This document shows positions 1-10,666 of a stretch of DNA of 64,000 nt, in pieces. Position 1 is the stretch's first letter. Each line of letters starts with the position of its first letter. This DNA comes from an uncultured bacterium (GTDB lineage Bacteria > Babelota > Babeliae > Babelales > Vermiphilaceae), in NCBI GenBank assembly GCA_963713925.1, contig OY970212.1, positions 1,088,001 through 1,152,000 of the forward strand, given 5' to 3'. The notes under the pieces are model-generated. The model worked only from the letters and a program-made list of their open reading frames with translations. It ran no database searches and had not been told where the DNA came from. The translations under genes were made by a program, and so were the position numbers.

Positions 1-3000
1 TACGGAATCAAGCAACTGTCCAGGGTGACGCAAAAATCGACTCATTTTGCAAAAGATCTGCTAGAGTCTCTTCGCAATTATAAGATACAACATGAAGAAA
101 ACAGAAAATTATTGCATGAAACAATAGTCACGCAAGCAAATCAATTGCTCGATCAAGAAATAACGACTGAGGATCGGGCCGCAACATTAGGGGTTTTGCA
201 AAAAAGTCACGGTTTTTTAGGAAATTATGATAAAGCAATTCAAATTGCTCAAAAACGATGCCTTCTTGACCCGTCACTGCTCGATATGTGCATCAAAATG
301 ATTGGCGCTTTCCGATTACATCCAGAAGCGACCTCCCAAACCGCTTTGCTTTGTATTGATGAACTTATCACGCACTTGCCCACACAAACTCCTCAAGACC
401 AGGCATCTCTCGCATTTCTAAACATGCATAAAGCCTCAATTACACAGCCCAACAACAGGGATCTTATTGAACACGAACTTTGCAACTTTTTAAAATTATA
501 TGACTATCGAACGGCAACAACTTACAATAAACCTATCATTGAAGCTTTCAGCTCATTAATTGAAAACAAAAATGAGAACAGAGATGGGGAAATCATGTCA
601 AAAGCGATTCATGCGATCTTATGTCTCTATCAAGACATACAAAGCGGTCAAAAAATGGATGCTGAAATGCAAGATACCATAAAAAGGACTGCTGCCATTG
701 CGGGGCTCAAAATTCCCGGGTTGATAGAAACGGGTGGGATCTATGGGATCACCAACGCGTTGCATTACACAAGCGATGCCGGCAGACGTCATTCATTAAT
801 AAATAAATTGATCACGGAACTTGATAATGACCGGTATGCTCATTGCAGACGAAGCATTTTGCATACTCTTACCGATTTTTTTCAAAATCATTCCGATCCT
901 GTAAACATACTGCATGCCTTCGCAAAATATTACGATGACGGACAAAAATTTTTCAAAAAACTACAACCATTTCCAATAACCACATTGCCCGGCATTCATG
1001 ACCCTGAAAGGCTTGCCTCTGCAAAGCGGAAGTTTGGTGAATTATATGAAACCCATAAAACACCAGAACTTCTTGAGGCATATTCATATGTATCAATGCT
1101 CGACGCTCAGGGAATTCAAAAAAAATCCTTGCCAGCCGGTGTCGGTATTGCCACGGATGGCTTTAATGTTGTAAAAAAAAATATTGGTAAAATTGCCCAT
1201 TATCTCCAATCGGACCTTACTGAATATGCAATCGCTTATTTTGTCAATTGCGTTGAGCAATGGGCATGTATGGGAGAAAGGCTAAAAAGGCACGGTGAAG
1301 TTGTCAGAGCAATATCTGAATATACCAATATGTTGAACTCAAAGAAAATGGGCATGCCAGCTTCAAATATCGTTAAAGCTCAACTACAAAAGTTGGAATT
1401 ATTAAAACAGCTCATCATCGTAATAAGTACGGATTTTTCTGCGGAAGAAAGTAAAGAGGCTCTTGACAAAGTGCGTCCATTAATCGCACAGTCGGAAAAA
1501 CTGACCAACAATGATTATGAAGCAATGGCAACGAAAACGGATGTCTACCTCAATCTACTTATCAACCGGATAAAGAGACTTTTAACGGAACAAACCGCTT
1601 CTGCGACAACTACCTCAGCCGGACAAACACAAAATCGATCAAATGACGGCCACATGCCCGCTGTTCCCCTGGAAGATACAGATGAGTCTTCATTAGACAA
1701 AGTGACATCACGCAATCAAGAAGATATAAAAAACAGCTTTAAACAACTCCTTGATGACATTCAAAAAAGGAGCTTGCCGGAGTCGGATCAATTTTCACTT
1801 CTACAAAAATTTTCTCTTTCGCTTACCCCCGGAACATTATCGGACAAGATGCGTCAAACGGCTCGTTCAACACTAAAAACCATGCTTGAGAATCCATCCA
1901 TCACCGCACAACAACGAGGAAGCCTTCTGGGTTGGATGGGAAAAATCTTACGTGATGACACTCTCCTCAACCAATCAATCGAGACACTCCGGAGAATTCC
2001 CGGTACTGATGCAGCCATCGAACGCGTATCAGCTGCGGCGCAAATTATATTGCACCTGGAAAAAAACCCGTCGTTTCCAAAAGCTAAAATATTAGATAAG
2101 CTGCTCGAATTGGAAAAAAGTGAAGCCGATCCGGAAGTTCAAAATGATGTAATCCGCATTGCATCACAATTTATCATGCGTAATCATGATGCATTTTCGG
2201 AACAACAAGTTGCAGATTATTTTGAACAACATGCGAATGCAACGGAAAAGACAGCATCCCATTTGACGTATGCTTCTTTGTTTTTTCCGCACCTTCGCAC
2301 TCACACCAAAAAATATGGGACTGCTGCTCTTGCATATTTCGCAGACCCCGAAATCAGAAACAAAATTCACAAGATACTGTTGGACATAGCAGAAAATTTG
2401 GACGAACAAGTCGAACATTTCTTTGGACAGACAAGTATCGATTCTGCATCTGCTCTGCAATTATGCAGCAAACTTTCCGATAGAAAATTACCCGGGGACG
2501 ACGCACTTGCACGACAAATAGTAGACAGGCTCCCCGAAACGGATTCTCAAGAAAAGGATGTCAAATCAATCGCTGACGCAACATTTGGTGTCTGGTTTGC
2601 AGAAAACAACGAAGCTGCTGCCGGAAAAATTGAACAGTTGCTTGCACTGTTGATTGCAAACAATAATTTTTCCCTGTTGCAAACCCCGGTAGAACAAAGG
2701 TTAATACCGGCTCTTGAGATCGTTTTTCATCGAACACCGGATCCCGACGTCAAAATGTTGGCCGGTCTTCTCATTGCAAAAAGCAGCAAAGAGGAAAACC
2801 AAATCAAAACCGCACAACAAATCCTAACATTCACAATCCCAACAAATATGGAACTATTACGTCATGCCCTTGATTCAGCCGGAGACCCCGAATCGATTTA
2901 TCGATATGGGACGCAACTCATCGTGCAATACAAAAAAAATCCGAGTCTGGCAACCAAATTTTATCTCCGAGAAATGGCTCTGAAAATGCGACAATCAGAA

Positions 3001-3717
3001 TGTATACTTGATCTTCTTGAATATGTTGCCGATCACTACCAGGAACATAAAGGGGTATTACTTTTACCTATTTATGATTCTGTAGACACCCTCCACCCAA
3101 TGACAACGATACATCCAGATGCCTATAAACGATTTCAATCAATAATCGCCGGATTCAAGAAAGAACTTGATCAACAGAATCTTCCGGAACATGAAAAGCG
3201 AACGATTGGAGATTGGATCATCATGATACATAAAAAAGCTGTTCATTGGCTTGCGGTAAATCCTGAATATAAAAAGGGACCGATAGCACTCGAAAAATGC
3301 ATTATTATTAAAAAAGGTCTGGAAGAAATGGTGCATAAAGATTCAAAAATACTTACTATTGTCTCTTTGTTTGACATCAATATGATACAACGAGTGTGGT
3401 GTGAGCTCTTAAGAAGAAATAACCGAGATTATGAAATGAAGAACGACATAGAATATACAATAAGGTTTCTTGAATTATCGATCAAAAAATTAGCAAAAGA
3501 TAAGCAGAGTAATGATTTATTGAAAAAAGAACTTGAAAATCTGATCGTATTGAAAAATCTTATGTATGCAACCACCAACGATACAAAGCTCTTAGCCGAA
3601 AAAAGTGAATCAAAAAAATATTTTCTGAAACGAATAGGCGAGACTTTCAATCTGCCCCCAAACGATACATTTATGGTGGAGTTATTTGAACAAGTGATGA
3701 AAAAGATTATAAAATAA
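1..3717 (+). CDS. Large, probably alpha-helical hypothetical protein (likely 5'-truncated by the window edge)
   Basis: 1230-aa ORF from GTG at 25; the frame is open back to base 1. Leu/Ala/Ile-rich with a TPR-like segment near the N-terminus; no family recognised. Confidence 0.75.
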   Translation, partial: YGIKQLSRVTQKSTHFAKDLLESLRNYKIQHEENRKLLHETIVTQANQLLDQEITTEDRAATLGVLQKSHGFLGNYDKAIQIAQKRCLLDPSLLDMCIKMIGAFRLHPEATSQTALLCIDELITHLPTQTPQDQASLAFLNMHKASITQPNNRDLIEHELCNFLKLYDYRTATTYNKPIIEAFSSLIENKNENRDGEIMSKAIHAILCLYQDIQSGQKMDAEMQDTIKRTAAIAGLKIPGLIETGGIYGITNALHYTSDAGRRHSLINKLITELDNDRYAHCRRSILHTLTDFFQNHSDPVNILHAFAKYYDDGQKFFKKLQPFPITTLPGIHDPERLASAKRKFGELYETHKTPELLEAYSYVSMLDAQGIQKKSLPAGVGIATDGFNVVKKNIGKIAHYLQSDLTEYAIAYFVNCVEQWACMGERLKRHGEVVRAISEYTNMLNSKKMGMPASNIVKAQLQKLELLKQLIIVISTDFSAEESKEALDKVRPLIAQSEKLTNNDYEAMATKTDVYLNLLINRIKRLLTEQTASATTTSAGQTQNRSNDGHMPAVPLEDTDESSLDKVTSRNQEDIKNSFKQLLDDIQKRSLPESDQFSLLQKFSLSLTPGTLSDKMRQTARSTLKTMLENPSITAQQRGSLLGWMGKILRDDTLLNQSIETLRRIPGTDAAIERVSAAAQIILHLEKNPSFPKAKILDKLLELEKSEADPEVQNDVIRIASQFIMRNHDAFSEQQVADYFEQHANATEKTASHLTYASLFFPHLRTHTKKYGTAALAYFADPEIRNKIHKILLDIAENLDEQVEHFFGQTSIDSASALQLCSKLSDRKLPGDDALARQIVDRLPETDSQEKDVKSIADATFGVWFAENNEAAAGKIEQLLALLIANNNFSLLQTPVEQRLIPALEIVFHRTPDPDVKMLAGLLIAKSSKEENQIKTAQQILTFTIPTNMELLRHALDSAGDPESIYRYGTQLIVQYKKNPSLATKFYLREMALKMRQSECILDLLEYVADHYQEHKGVLLLPIYDSVDTLHPMTTIHPDAYKRFQSIIAGFKKELDQQNLPEHEKRTIGDWIIMIHKKAVHWLAVNPEYKKGPIALEKCIIIKKGLEEMVHKDSKILTIVSLFDINMIQRVWCELLRRNNRDYEMKNDIEYTIRFLELSIKKLAKDKQSNDLLKKELENLIVLKNLMYATTNDTKLLAEKSESKKYFLKRIGETFNLPPNDTFMVELFEQVMKKIIK

Positions 3718-3768
3718 GCGCGATTCGTAGGCGCTATAAAAAAATATTCTGATGCGTACCTTAACAAT

Positions 3769-3798
3769 AAAGAAGGCCGATTATAATCGGCCTTCTTT
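3769..3798. terminator. Bidirectional terminator-like palindrome
   Basis: Perfect 30-bp palindrome AAAGAAGGCCGATTA-TAATCGGCCTTCTTT between convergent genes. Confidence 0.8.
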
Positions 3799-3799
3799 G

Positions 3800-5299
3800 T
3801 TATTCTTTTTTCTTTAATGTCGGAAAGAGAATCACATCTTTTATCGTGGTACTGTTGGTCACCAACATGACAAGACGATCAATACCGATGCCAACGCCAA
3901 CGGTCGGCGGCAACCCATATTCAAGCGCTTCGATGTAATCAGCATCGTAATAGTGCGCTTCATCATCACCTGCAGTGCGCGCGGCAGCTTGTGCTTTGAA
4001 TCGATCCGATTGATCAAACGGATCGTTCAACTCATTAAAGCCGTTGCTGAGTTCCATGCTTGCAATAAAAAGCTCAAAACGGGCTGCAACATGTGAGTTG
4101 TTTGGATCTCGTTTTGCAAGCGGAGAAACTTCTATCGGAAACTCCGTAATGAATGTTGGCTGAATAAGCTTATGCTCTACAAGCTCTTCAAAAAGCGCAT
4201 ACACCTTTTCACCAAGGGAAGCCTGTTTATTTTTAGCTTTCACTTTGCGCGCCGCCATAGTTGCATCAATCGTTTGTTCAGTTAATTCATGCGGCTTAAT
4301 ATCAGTGTAATCAAGCACAGCTTGATGCAATGTCACGCGCTTGAATGGTTGCCCAAAATCTAAGGTGTGATTTCCAAACGGTACTACCAATGTGCCACAG
4401 GTGGTCATAACAACCTTGCGTAACATTTTTTCAGTAAAATCCATCGCAAATACATAATCTTGATGCGCCGTATACATTTCAAGCATGGTGAATTCAGGGT
4501 TGTGACGCGTAGAAACCCCTTCATTTCTGAAGTTTCTGTTGATTTCGTACACTCGCTCAAATCCGCCAACAACCAGACGCTTCAAATAGAGTTCCGGAGC
4601 AATACGAAGATAGAAGTCTGAATCAAGAGCATTATGATGTGTAATAAATGGTTTAGCTGCCGCGCCGCCCGGTATTGGGTGCAACATCGGTGTTTCAACC
4701 TCCATAAAACCATATTCATCTAAAAATGATCTCATGGTCCGTACGACATTTGATCGTTTTGCAAATCGCTCGCGACTTTCAGCATTGCTCATTAAATCTA
4801 AATACCGTTGACGATAAATAGTCTCAATATCAGAAAGCCCATGAAATTTATCCGGCAGTGGGTGTAAGCATTTACTCAAAAGCTCAATTTCATCCACCCG
4901 TATGCTAATTTCTCCTGTTTTTGTTTTAAAGGCAGGTCCCTCAATTAAAACAATATCCCCCAGATCAATATATGATTGAAACAGCTTAAATGCTTCCGCT
5001 CCGGTTTGATCTTCTTTGATATAGGCCTGAATTTTTCCTTTACCATCCTGCACATGGAAAAAGGATGATTTTCCATGGGAACGCATGGACACAAGACGTC
5101 CTGCAATGCGATATACGCGCGATTCTTTTTCAGGATTGAATTCAGAAATAACATCTGTTGAATGCGCGTTAACCTCTGCACGAGCCGGCCATGGATTCAA
5201 TGAGGCTTCTTTAATTTGAGCTACTTTTTCAATTCTATGGCGATACTCATCAGAATGATCTCGAGAAGGCAAGGTGTTAGGAGAAATAGGCTTTGTCAT
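3800..5299 (-). CDS. lysS: Lysine--tRNA ligase (class II)
   Basis: YRQRYLDL, GGAAAKPFITHHN, YLRIAPELYLKRL, FRNEG..HNPEFT and GVGIGIDRL motifs. Confidence 0.98.
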   Translation of the reverse strand: MTKPISPNTLPSRDHSDEYRHRIEKVAQIKEASLNPWPARAEVNAHSTDVISEFNPEKESRVYRIAGRLVSMRSHGKSSFFHVQDGKGKIQAYIKEDQTGAEAFKLFQSYIDLGDIVLIEGPAFKTKTGEISIRVDEIELLSKCLHPLPDKFHGLSDIETIYRQRYLDLMSNAESRERFAKRSNVVRTMRSFLDEYGFMEVETPMLHPIPGGAAAKPFITHHNALDSDFYLRIAPELYLKRLVVGGFERVYEINRNFRNEGVSTRHNPEFTMLEMYTAHQDYVFAMDFTEKMLRKVVMTTCGTLVVPFGNHTLDFGQPFKRVTLHQAVLDYTDIKPHELTEQTIDATMAARKVKAKNKQASLGEKVYALFEELVEHKLIQPTFITEFPIEVSPLAKRDPNNSHVAARFELFIASMELSNGFNELNDPFDQSDRFKAQAAARTAGDDEAHYYDADYIEALEYGLPPTVGVGIGIDRLVMLVTNSTTIKDVILFPTLKKKE

Positions 5300-5480
5300 G
5301 GGATAATTTTCATGTTAAAGGGATAATTTTTACCCAAATTTCACATTCGTTCCATTTGGGACCCGGTTTGCTCAACTAGTTACTATACAGTAAATACACT
5401 CTTTTTACAAAAACATTGAACTCGGACCTCAATTTTAAATATAATCATATCTGTAAATATTCTATTGTGAGGAAAGTGCA

Positions 5481-7361
5481 ATGAAAATCAAAGCCGGGTG
5501 CATTCTTATTTTAATAAGCATAATAACACCTCTTTTTGCCATCACCGTGCATAATCAAAGCCCATTTCCGCTCTTTGGTGCCCCTTATTACACCTATAGT
5601 AAATATGCTGAAAAAGCCTCAAGCGAACAAGAACTTCCTTCATATGGAACCATCTCATTTGAGCGGCCCAAAATGCGTCTTGATTTTGGCGGCCGACGTT
5701 TTGTGTTCGGATTTGAAAAACAGTTTTTCACAACGCCAAAAATGGCAATAGACACATATAAATTGCTCAACTCTCAAGATATTTCAGAACTTATGGGTTC
5801 AACCTTTTATATCGATTTTTATCAAAACCAACTGCATTCCTACTCACAAGCGGGCTGGGTGCTCCTCAAACCGGTTGAACGAAATGTCGTCGATCCTTTA
5901 AAAGCAATTGTCGCTACGCTCGCCAACAAAACATATCAAGCTATGATTGCTATCTTGCCCTACAAAACAATGTCAGCAACTGTTAAACCAATACAATCAC
6001 TTCCTGCAGAAGAGGCGTCATTTATAACCAAACGAGACAATATCACGCAATCCGCATTGAGCAAAATCACTAAGAACTCAAAGAAATCCCCACGAGTTGG
6101 TCTTTGTTTTAGCGGCGGAGGCATTCGCGCGTGCTTAGCAACGCTCGGTTCTTTGCGCGGATTGCAGGCAACCGACCTTTTAAATACGGTCTCATATGCA
6201 GCTGGTCTTTCGGGATCCACCTGGGCATTAGGCGGATGGATCCAATCAAAAAAAGGTTTAGATGATTACCTGGCATTTTTAATCAATAAACTTGAAAAAG
6301 GTCTTTTCACTGCCGATCTCGATTTTGGAGCGCTCAGTAAACATTTGTTTAATAAAACATGTTTTGGACAACCGCTTTCGATTGTTGATATTTATGGCGC
6401 GCTTCTTGGCCAACTCCTTATCGCTGCCCCCGGTATTAATCCATATCAACAATTCTTGTGGAACCAAAAAGATATTATTGCTTCAGGGCACTATCCATTC
6501 CCCATTTATACTGCGTTGATCACCAAAAAAAATCCAGGATCCAATTTTTATCCGACACTTGAATGCAACCCATTTTGGACCGGGTGTAAAGATTTGAATG
6601 GAATCATTGATAGTTGGGCGCTTGGACGCGCATTTGATGGTGGAAAAACAATCAACTTGGCAAATCCTGAGCCATTCCATTTTTTGCTTGGGATATTTGG
6701 CTATGCAATCGGTGGTAATTATGAAGAATTGTTAGGACACGCAAAAGAAAAAATAAAACCGGAATTTCTCAAAACACTCCTTGGCAAAATAACTGAAGAA
6801 ACACCATTTGGTACTCAGCGCCTACGTCCGGCGCAAGTGCTCAACCCGGTTTATAAATTGAATCCTCAAACAAACACACGCGCAACCCAACAAACACTCA
6901 CACTTGTTGATGCCGGACTCAATTTCAACCTTCCCATTCAGCCCTTTTTTGAAGTGCCGGGTAGAAAAATTGATGTGCTCATCATCGTTGATAACTCAGA
7001 CTATACAAAAGATGGTGCTCCCGGCACAGAACTTGCAAAAGCTGCCGCCTACTGCAAAGAGCAAAAGATTCCGTTCCCCGATATATCAAAATACCCGCAG
7101 CTGAGCAAACAAACATGCACTGTCATGGAAGATGCAGACCCACGAGCACCGATCGTTGTGTATCTTCCGTTGCTCAACAATCCGAACCATCCTCGACAAT
7201 TTGACATTAATCGCTGCTTTAAAGAAGAATGTTCAACATTCAACTTCAAATATAGTGGGGAAAATGCGCAAGATTTATCAGATCTCACCTACATGAATAT
7301 CCTGATACATCAACCGGATATTGAAGCAGCAATTAGAAAAAAGGCCGGACAATTGAAGTGA
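5481..7361 (+). CDS. Secreted cPLA2/lysophospholipase (phospholipase B)-type lipase
   Basis: Signal peptide; SGGGIRA oxyanion/Arg motif, GLSGSTW nucleophile motif, LVDAGL catalytic Asp motif. Confidence 0.85.
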   Translation: MKIKAGCILILISIITPLFAITVHNQSPFPLFGAPYYTYSKYAEKASSEQELPSYGTISFERPKMRLDFGGRRFVFGFEKQFFTTPKMAIDTYKLLNSQDISELMGSTFYIDFYQNQLHSYSQAGWVLLKPVERNVVDPLKAIVATLANKTYQAMIAILPYKTMSATVKPIQSLPAEEASFITKRDNITQSALSKITKNSKKSPRVGLCFSGGGIRACLATLGSLRGLQATDLLNTVSYAAGLSGSTWALGGWIQSKKGLDDYLAFLINKLEKGLFTADLDFGALSKHLFNKTCFGQPLSIVDIYGALLGQLLIAAPGINPYQQFLWNQKDIIASGHYPFPIYTALITKKNPGSNFYPTLECNPFWTGCKDLNGIIDSWALGRAFDGGKTINLANPEPFHFLLGIFGYAIGGNYEELLGHAKEKIKPEFLKTLLGKITEETPFGTQRLRPAQVLNPVYKLNPQTNTRATQQTLTLVDAGLNFNLPIQPFFEVPGRKIDVLIIVDNSDYTKDGAPGTELAKAAAYCKEQKIPFPDISKYPQLSKQTCTVMEDADPRAPIVVYLPLLNNPNHPRQFDINRCFKEECSTFNFKYSGENAQDLSDLTYMNILIHQPDIEAAIRKKAGQLK

Positions 7362-7510
7362 TTTTCTAGAAACTGTTGAGTTTTGTCTTCATGAAAAGCC
7401 GATGGTTATTTCATGTTTTTCTGAACAAAAAGCCCTTCCCCCGTTCGTGGTTTCGGGTGTAACGAACGGATTGAAATTGTTTTTTTATGTTTTTAAAAAC
7501 TCAACGGGCC

Positions 7511-8128
7511 CTACAATGTTTCTTGATAATATTTTTCAACCATGTCCCAGTTGACCACATTCCACCACGATTCAATATAATCGGGACGCTTGTTTTGATA
7601 TTTGAGATAATAAGCATGCTCCCAAACATCAAGCCCGAGTAGCGGTGTGAGATCTTTCATAATAGGACAATCTTGATTTGGAGTTGCGCTGACTGAAAGC
7701 GTTCCTTTTTGATCGACGCACAACCATGCCCATCCGGAACCAAACACAGTCTTTGCATGCGCTGAAAATTGTTCTTTAAACGCATCAAAACTACCAAACG
7801 TTTTCACAATTGCTTGCTCAATTTTTCCAACCGGTTTCTTTTTTGAGTCCCGTGTTAAAACTGTCCAAAAGAAAGTGTGATTCCAATGACCTCCGCCATG
7901 ATTTCTCACCGCAAGTTGAATATCTTGCGGAAGATCAATCAACCCTGCAAGTAGTTCCTCTAATTGCACTGAATACAAAGCAGGATATCTCTCAACTGCT
8001 TTATTGAGGTTATCAATATAGGCCTGATGATGCTTGGTATAATGGATTTCCATCGTCTTTGCATCAATGTGTGGTTCAAGGGCATTATATGCATATTCTA
8101 ATTTTGGTAAGCTGTATGGATAATTCAT
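7511..8128 (-). CDS. sodA: Mn/Fe superoxide dismutase
   Basis: HYTKHHQAY, NHGGGHWNH, FGSGWAW and DVWEHAYY motifs. Confidence 0.93.
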   Translation of the reverse strand: MNYPYSLPKLEYAYNALEPHIDAKTMEIHYTKHHQAYIDNLNKAVERYPALYSVQLEELLAGLIDLPQDIQLAVRNHGGGHWNHTFFWTVLTRDSKKKPVGKIEQAIVKTFGSFDAFKEQFSAHAKTVFGSGWAWLCVDQKGTLSVSATPNQDCPIMKDLTPLLGLDVWEHAYYLKYQNKRPDYIESWWNVVNWDMVEKYYQETL

Positions 8129-8183
8129 TGTCTGACCTTATTTTTTTTGAAATTTGAAAAAACTAATATGATTTATGTTTACA

Positions 8184-8465
8184 TTAATCGATCAAATAAA
8201 TTCTGTCACCCTCTCGAGCCATTTGCAATTGCTCACGAGCTATTTTTTCCTTAAAAAATGATGTTTCTGCCAGCCGCTTGTTTTGCACGCGCAATACGGC
8301 AATCTCTTTTTCAAGCGTTTCGATTTCGCCGCGCACTCCTCTAATTTCCGAGTGCAATGCCGATAGGCTATATAATCCGTCCGGCCCAAAAGAATAAAAA
8401 ATAATAAATGCAGCTACCTCAAGACCGAAAACGATTCGAAACAATTTTTTCTTTGTTATGTTCAT
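8184..8465 (-). CDS. ftsB: Septum formation initiator (FtsB/DivIC family)
   Basis: TM helix, FGPDGL, coiled coil and EKIAREQLQM. Start placed at ATG 8465, which follows a GAGGAG RBS. Confidence 0.75.
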   Translation of the reverse strand: MNITKKKLFRIVFGLEVAAFIIFYSFGPDGLYSLSALHSEIRGVRGEIETLEKEIAVLRVQNKRLAETSFFKEKIAREQLQMAREGDRIYLID

Positions 8466-8714
8466 ATGATCTCCTCTTTTACCCAAGCTTCTATACCCCA
8501 ATTTCACTTTGTTCCAATTGGGACCTCATTAACGTTGGAACTTTAATTTTACCAAGCTTCATCTTGCACTTCGTAGTTGTCCTGACAGCGAAGTCGTTAC
8601 ACTTCAAATTAATGATTTCAACTGATCAGAAGCAAGTGTTGCCCCCAACCATTGGTTATGAGCAGGTCAGCATGCTAAGCTTTCATCACAAAGAAAAAAT
8701 TTTAAGGAGTCGTA

Positions 8715-10202
8715 ATGAAAAATATGAAACATATAATTCTTATATTCGGTATGAGCTGTCTTACTTTACAAACATACGCCGGACTCCAAAAGACCGTTGA
8801 AAAAACGGATGCCGCAAGCGCAACGCAATCATTTGATGACATTGTGTATGAAGGGTTAAAAACCCTTTCACAAGTGATGGGTATGACTAAAAATCGACAT
8901 TACAAAATTAAAGATCTTGAAAAGTGTATGAACAAAGCAATTGATGGTTTCATGCATCAGCTCGACCCTCACTCAAGCTTCTTAGATCAAAAAACATACA
9001 AGCGAATGATGGAAGCAACGAGTGGCGAATTTTGTGGAGCCGGCATCGTCATTGATAACACCCGATCGGCTAAAGATAATATGCTTCTTATTATCGACAC
9101 TATCTCTGGTGGACCGGCTGATAAAGTGGGCATGAAATCGCTTGATAAAATTATTGAAATTGATGGAGAATCGCTGGATGGCATGAGCACTGATGAGGCT
9201 ATGGTTAAAATTAAAGGAGAAAGAAACACGACCGTTACGCTCAAAGTCTTGCGCGAAGGCCAGCAAGACCCGCTCTCCTTTGTTATTACTCGTGACACCG
9301 TCAAAGAGCAAAACTCACTATGCTTCCAAATTGATGATCATGGCATTTACTATCTTTCATTGACCAGCTTCACGGACCTAGCGCTCAAACAAATTGAAAG
9401 TTTGCTGAAAAAATCCCAAGAAAAAAAATATCGCGCACTTATTCTTGATCTGAGAAACAATTCGGGCGGATTGCTTACCTCAGTTATCGACATAGCAGGA
9501 CTTTTCCTTGAAAAAGGAAGCTTGGTTGTCAGCATTAAAGATAAGAATAACAAAGTGACCGCGGAGCACAGAACAACACGAGAGCCGATTCACACCGATA
9601 CACCTATTTTCGTGTTAATTAACAACTACACCGCATCCGCAGCCGAAATTTTATCCGGATGTCTCAAAATTCACTCAGAACAACAAGAACGGGGCGGCAA
9701 AAAACTGATGGTCTTTTTAGTAGGTTCAAAAACATTTGGTAAAGGATCAGTGCAAGACGTGATTCCAATTGGAAACAATTGTGCTATTAAAATCACTGAA
9801 TCGCTCTATTTTTTACCCAATGACACTTGCATTCAAGCGCAGGGCATCACACCTGATTTTGAAATTGAAAAAATGTATCCACCGACAGAACAAATGATTT
9901 GGTTTAAAAAATTCTATGGCTCCGAATCTGCTTCGGAAAACCATATTCCAAACCCGCTTGTTCCTGAAGAAAAGAAGGATAAAAAACCTGCAAAAGATGA
10001 AAAACTTTCTTGGTCAGAAAAGACAAAGAAAAATCTCGAGACTGATAATCAACTTCGCGAGACAATCACCTTAATTAATATTTATCACATGGGGCTCACC
10101 TGCAATGCACACGCCATGGCCACGAGAAAAGGTGCGCTCGAATTTATGAATAATATTCACGTGAGCAACAAGCCATTGAATTTGGTTGAAGTAAAGAACT
10201 GA
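8715..10202 (+). CDS. S41 family C-terminal processing protease (CtpA-like, with PDZ domain)
   Basis: LDPHS, PDZ domain, LILDLRNNSGG, TASAAEI and TFGKGSVQ motifs. Confidence 0.93.
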   Translation: MKNMKHIILIFGMSCLTLQTYAGLQKTVEKTDAASATQSFDDIVYEGLKTLSQVMGMTKNRHYKIKDLEKCMNKAIDGFMHQLDPHSSFLDQKTYKRMMEATSGEFCGAGIVIDNTRSAKDNMLLIIDTISGGPADKVGMKSLDKIIEIDGESLDGMSTDEAMVKIKGERNTTVTLKVLREGQQDPLSFVITRDTVKEQNSLCFQIDDHGIYYLSLTSFTDLALKQIESLLKKSQEKKYRALILDLRNNSGGLLTSVIDIAGLFLEKGSLVVSIKDKNNKVTAEHRTTREPIHTDTPIFVLINNYTASAAEILSGCLKIHSEQQERGGKKLMVFLVGSKTFGKGSVQDVIPIGNNCAIKITESLYFLPNDTCIQAQGITPDFEIEKMYPPTEQMIWFKKFYGSESASENHIPNPLVPEEKKDKKPAKDEKLSWSEKTKKNLETDNQLRETITLINIYHMGLTCNAHAMATRKGALEFMNNIHVSNKPLNLVEVKN

Positions 10203-10205
10203 GCT

Positions 10206-10404
10206 TCCGCTCCCCGCGGTGGGGCAAGAGAACATTTGTCCCCTGCGCGGGGACAAGCGCCAAAAGGGGTTTCGTGACCCCTTTTGGAATACGCACGCTT
10301 AAGACTACGTCTTAATAATCCCTTCTTTCGTTTCAAACCTCGACACACACAATTTCTCCGAAATTGCTTCGGTCTCGTGAAACTACCTGACTTCTTTTCT
10401 TTAT
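10206..10404 (-). repeat. Structured multi-hairpin dispersed element (family D, divergent copy)
   Basis: Same hairpin order as the copies at 55288-55583 and 56582-56839; shares CTCTTGCCCCACCGCGGG and GTCCCCGCG.AGGGGACAAA. Confidence 0.6.
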
Positions 10405-10457
10405 CGTAGACACTTTTGAAACAATAGCCCTATTGCGAGAAAAAAGCTTGTTCTTCT

Positions 10458-10561
10458 GTTCGTGGTGAGCGGCTTGTTCTACGAAGCTTTAGCGAAGTTG
10501 AAAGCATTAGCGCAGTCGAACCATCCTGATCAGACGTAGCCTTGGCGAAGTCTATACGAAC
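10458..10561 (+). repeat. REP-like palindrome family A with nested family B module
   Basis: GTTCGTGGTGAGCG...GTCGAACCAT...ATACGAAC interrupted by AGACGTAGCCTTGGCGAAGTCT. Confidence 0.75.
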
Positions 10562-10666
10562 TTCTTTTCTAATCTCCGGAATATAATAGTTTCCCAATAG
10601 GTCTTTTGATTGCCATCTGCATTTCTTGACGATCAATCGGAGTCAAGCAGCTCATGAATTCACTTG

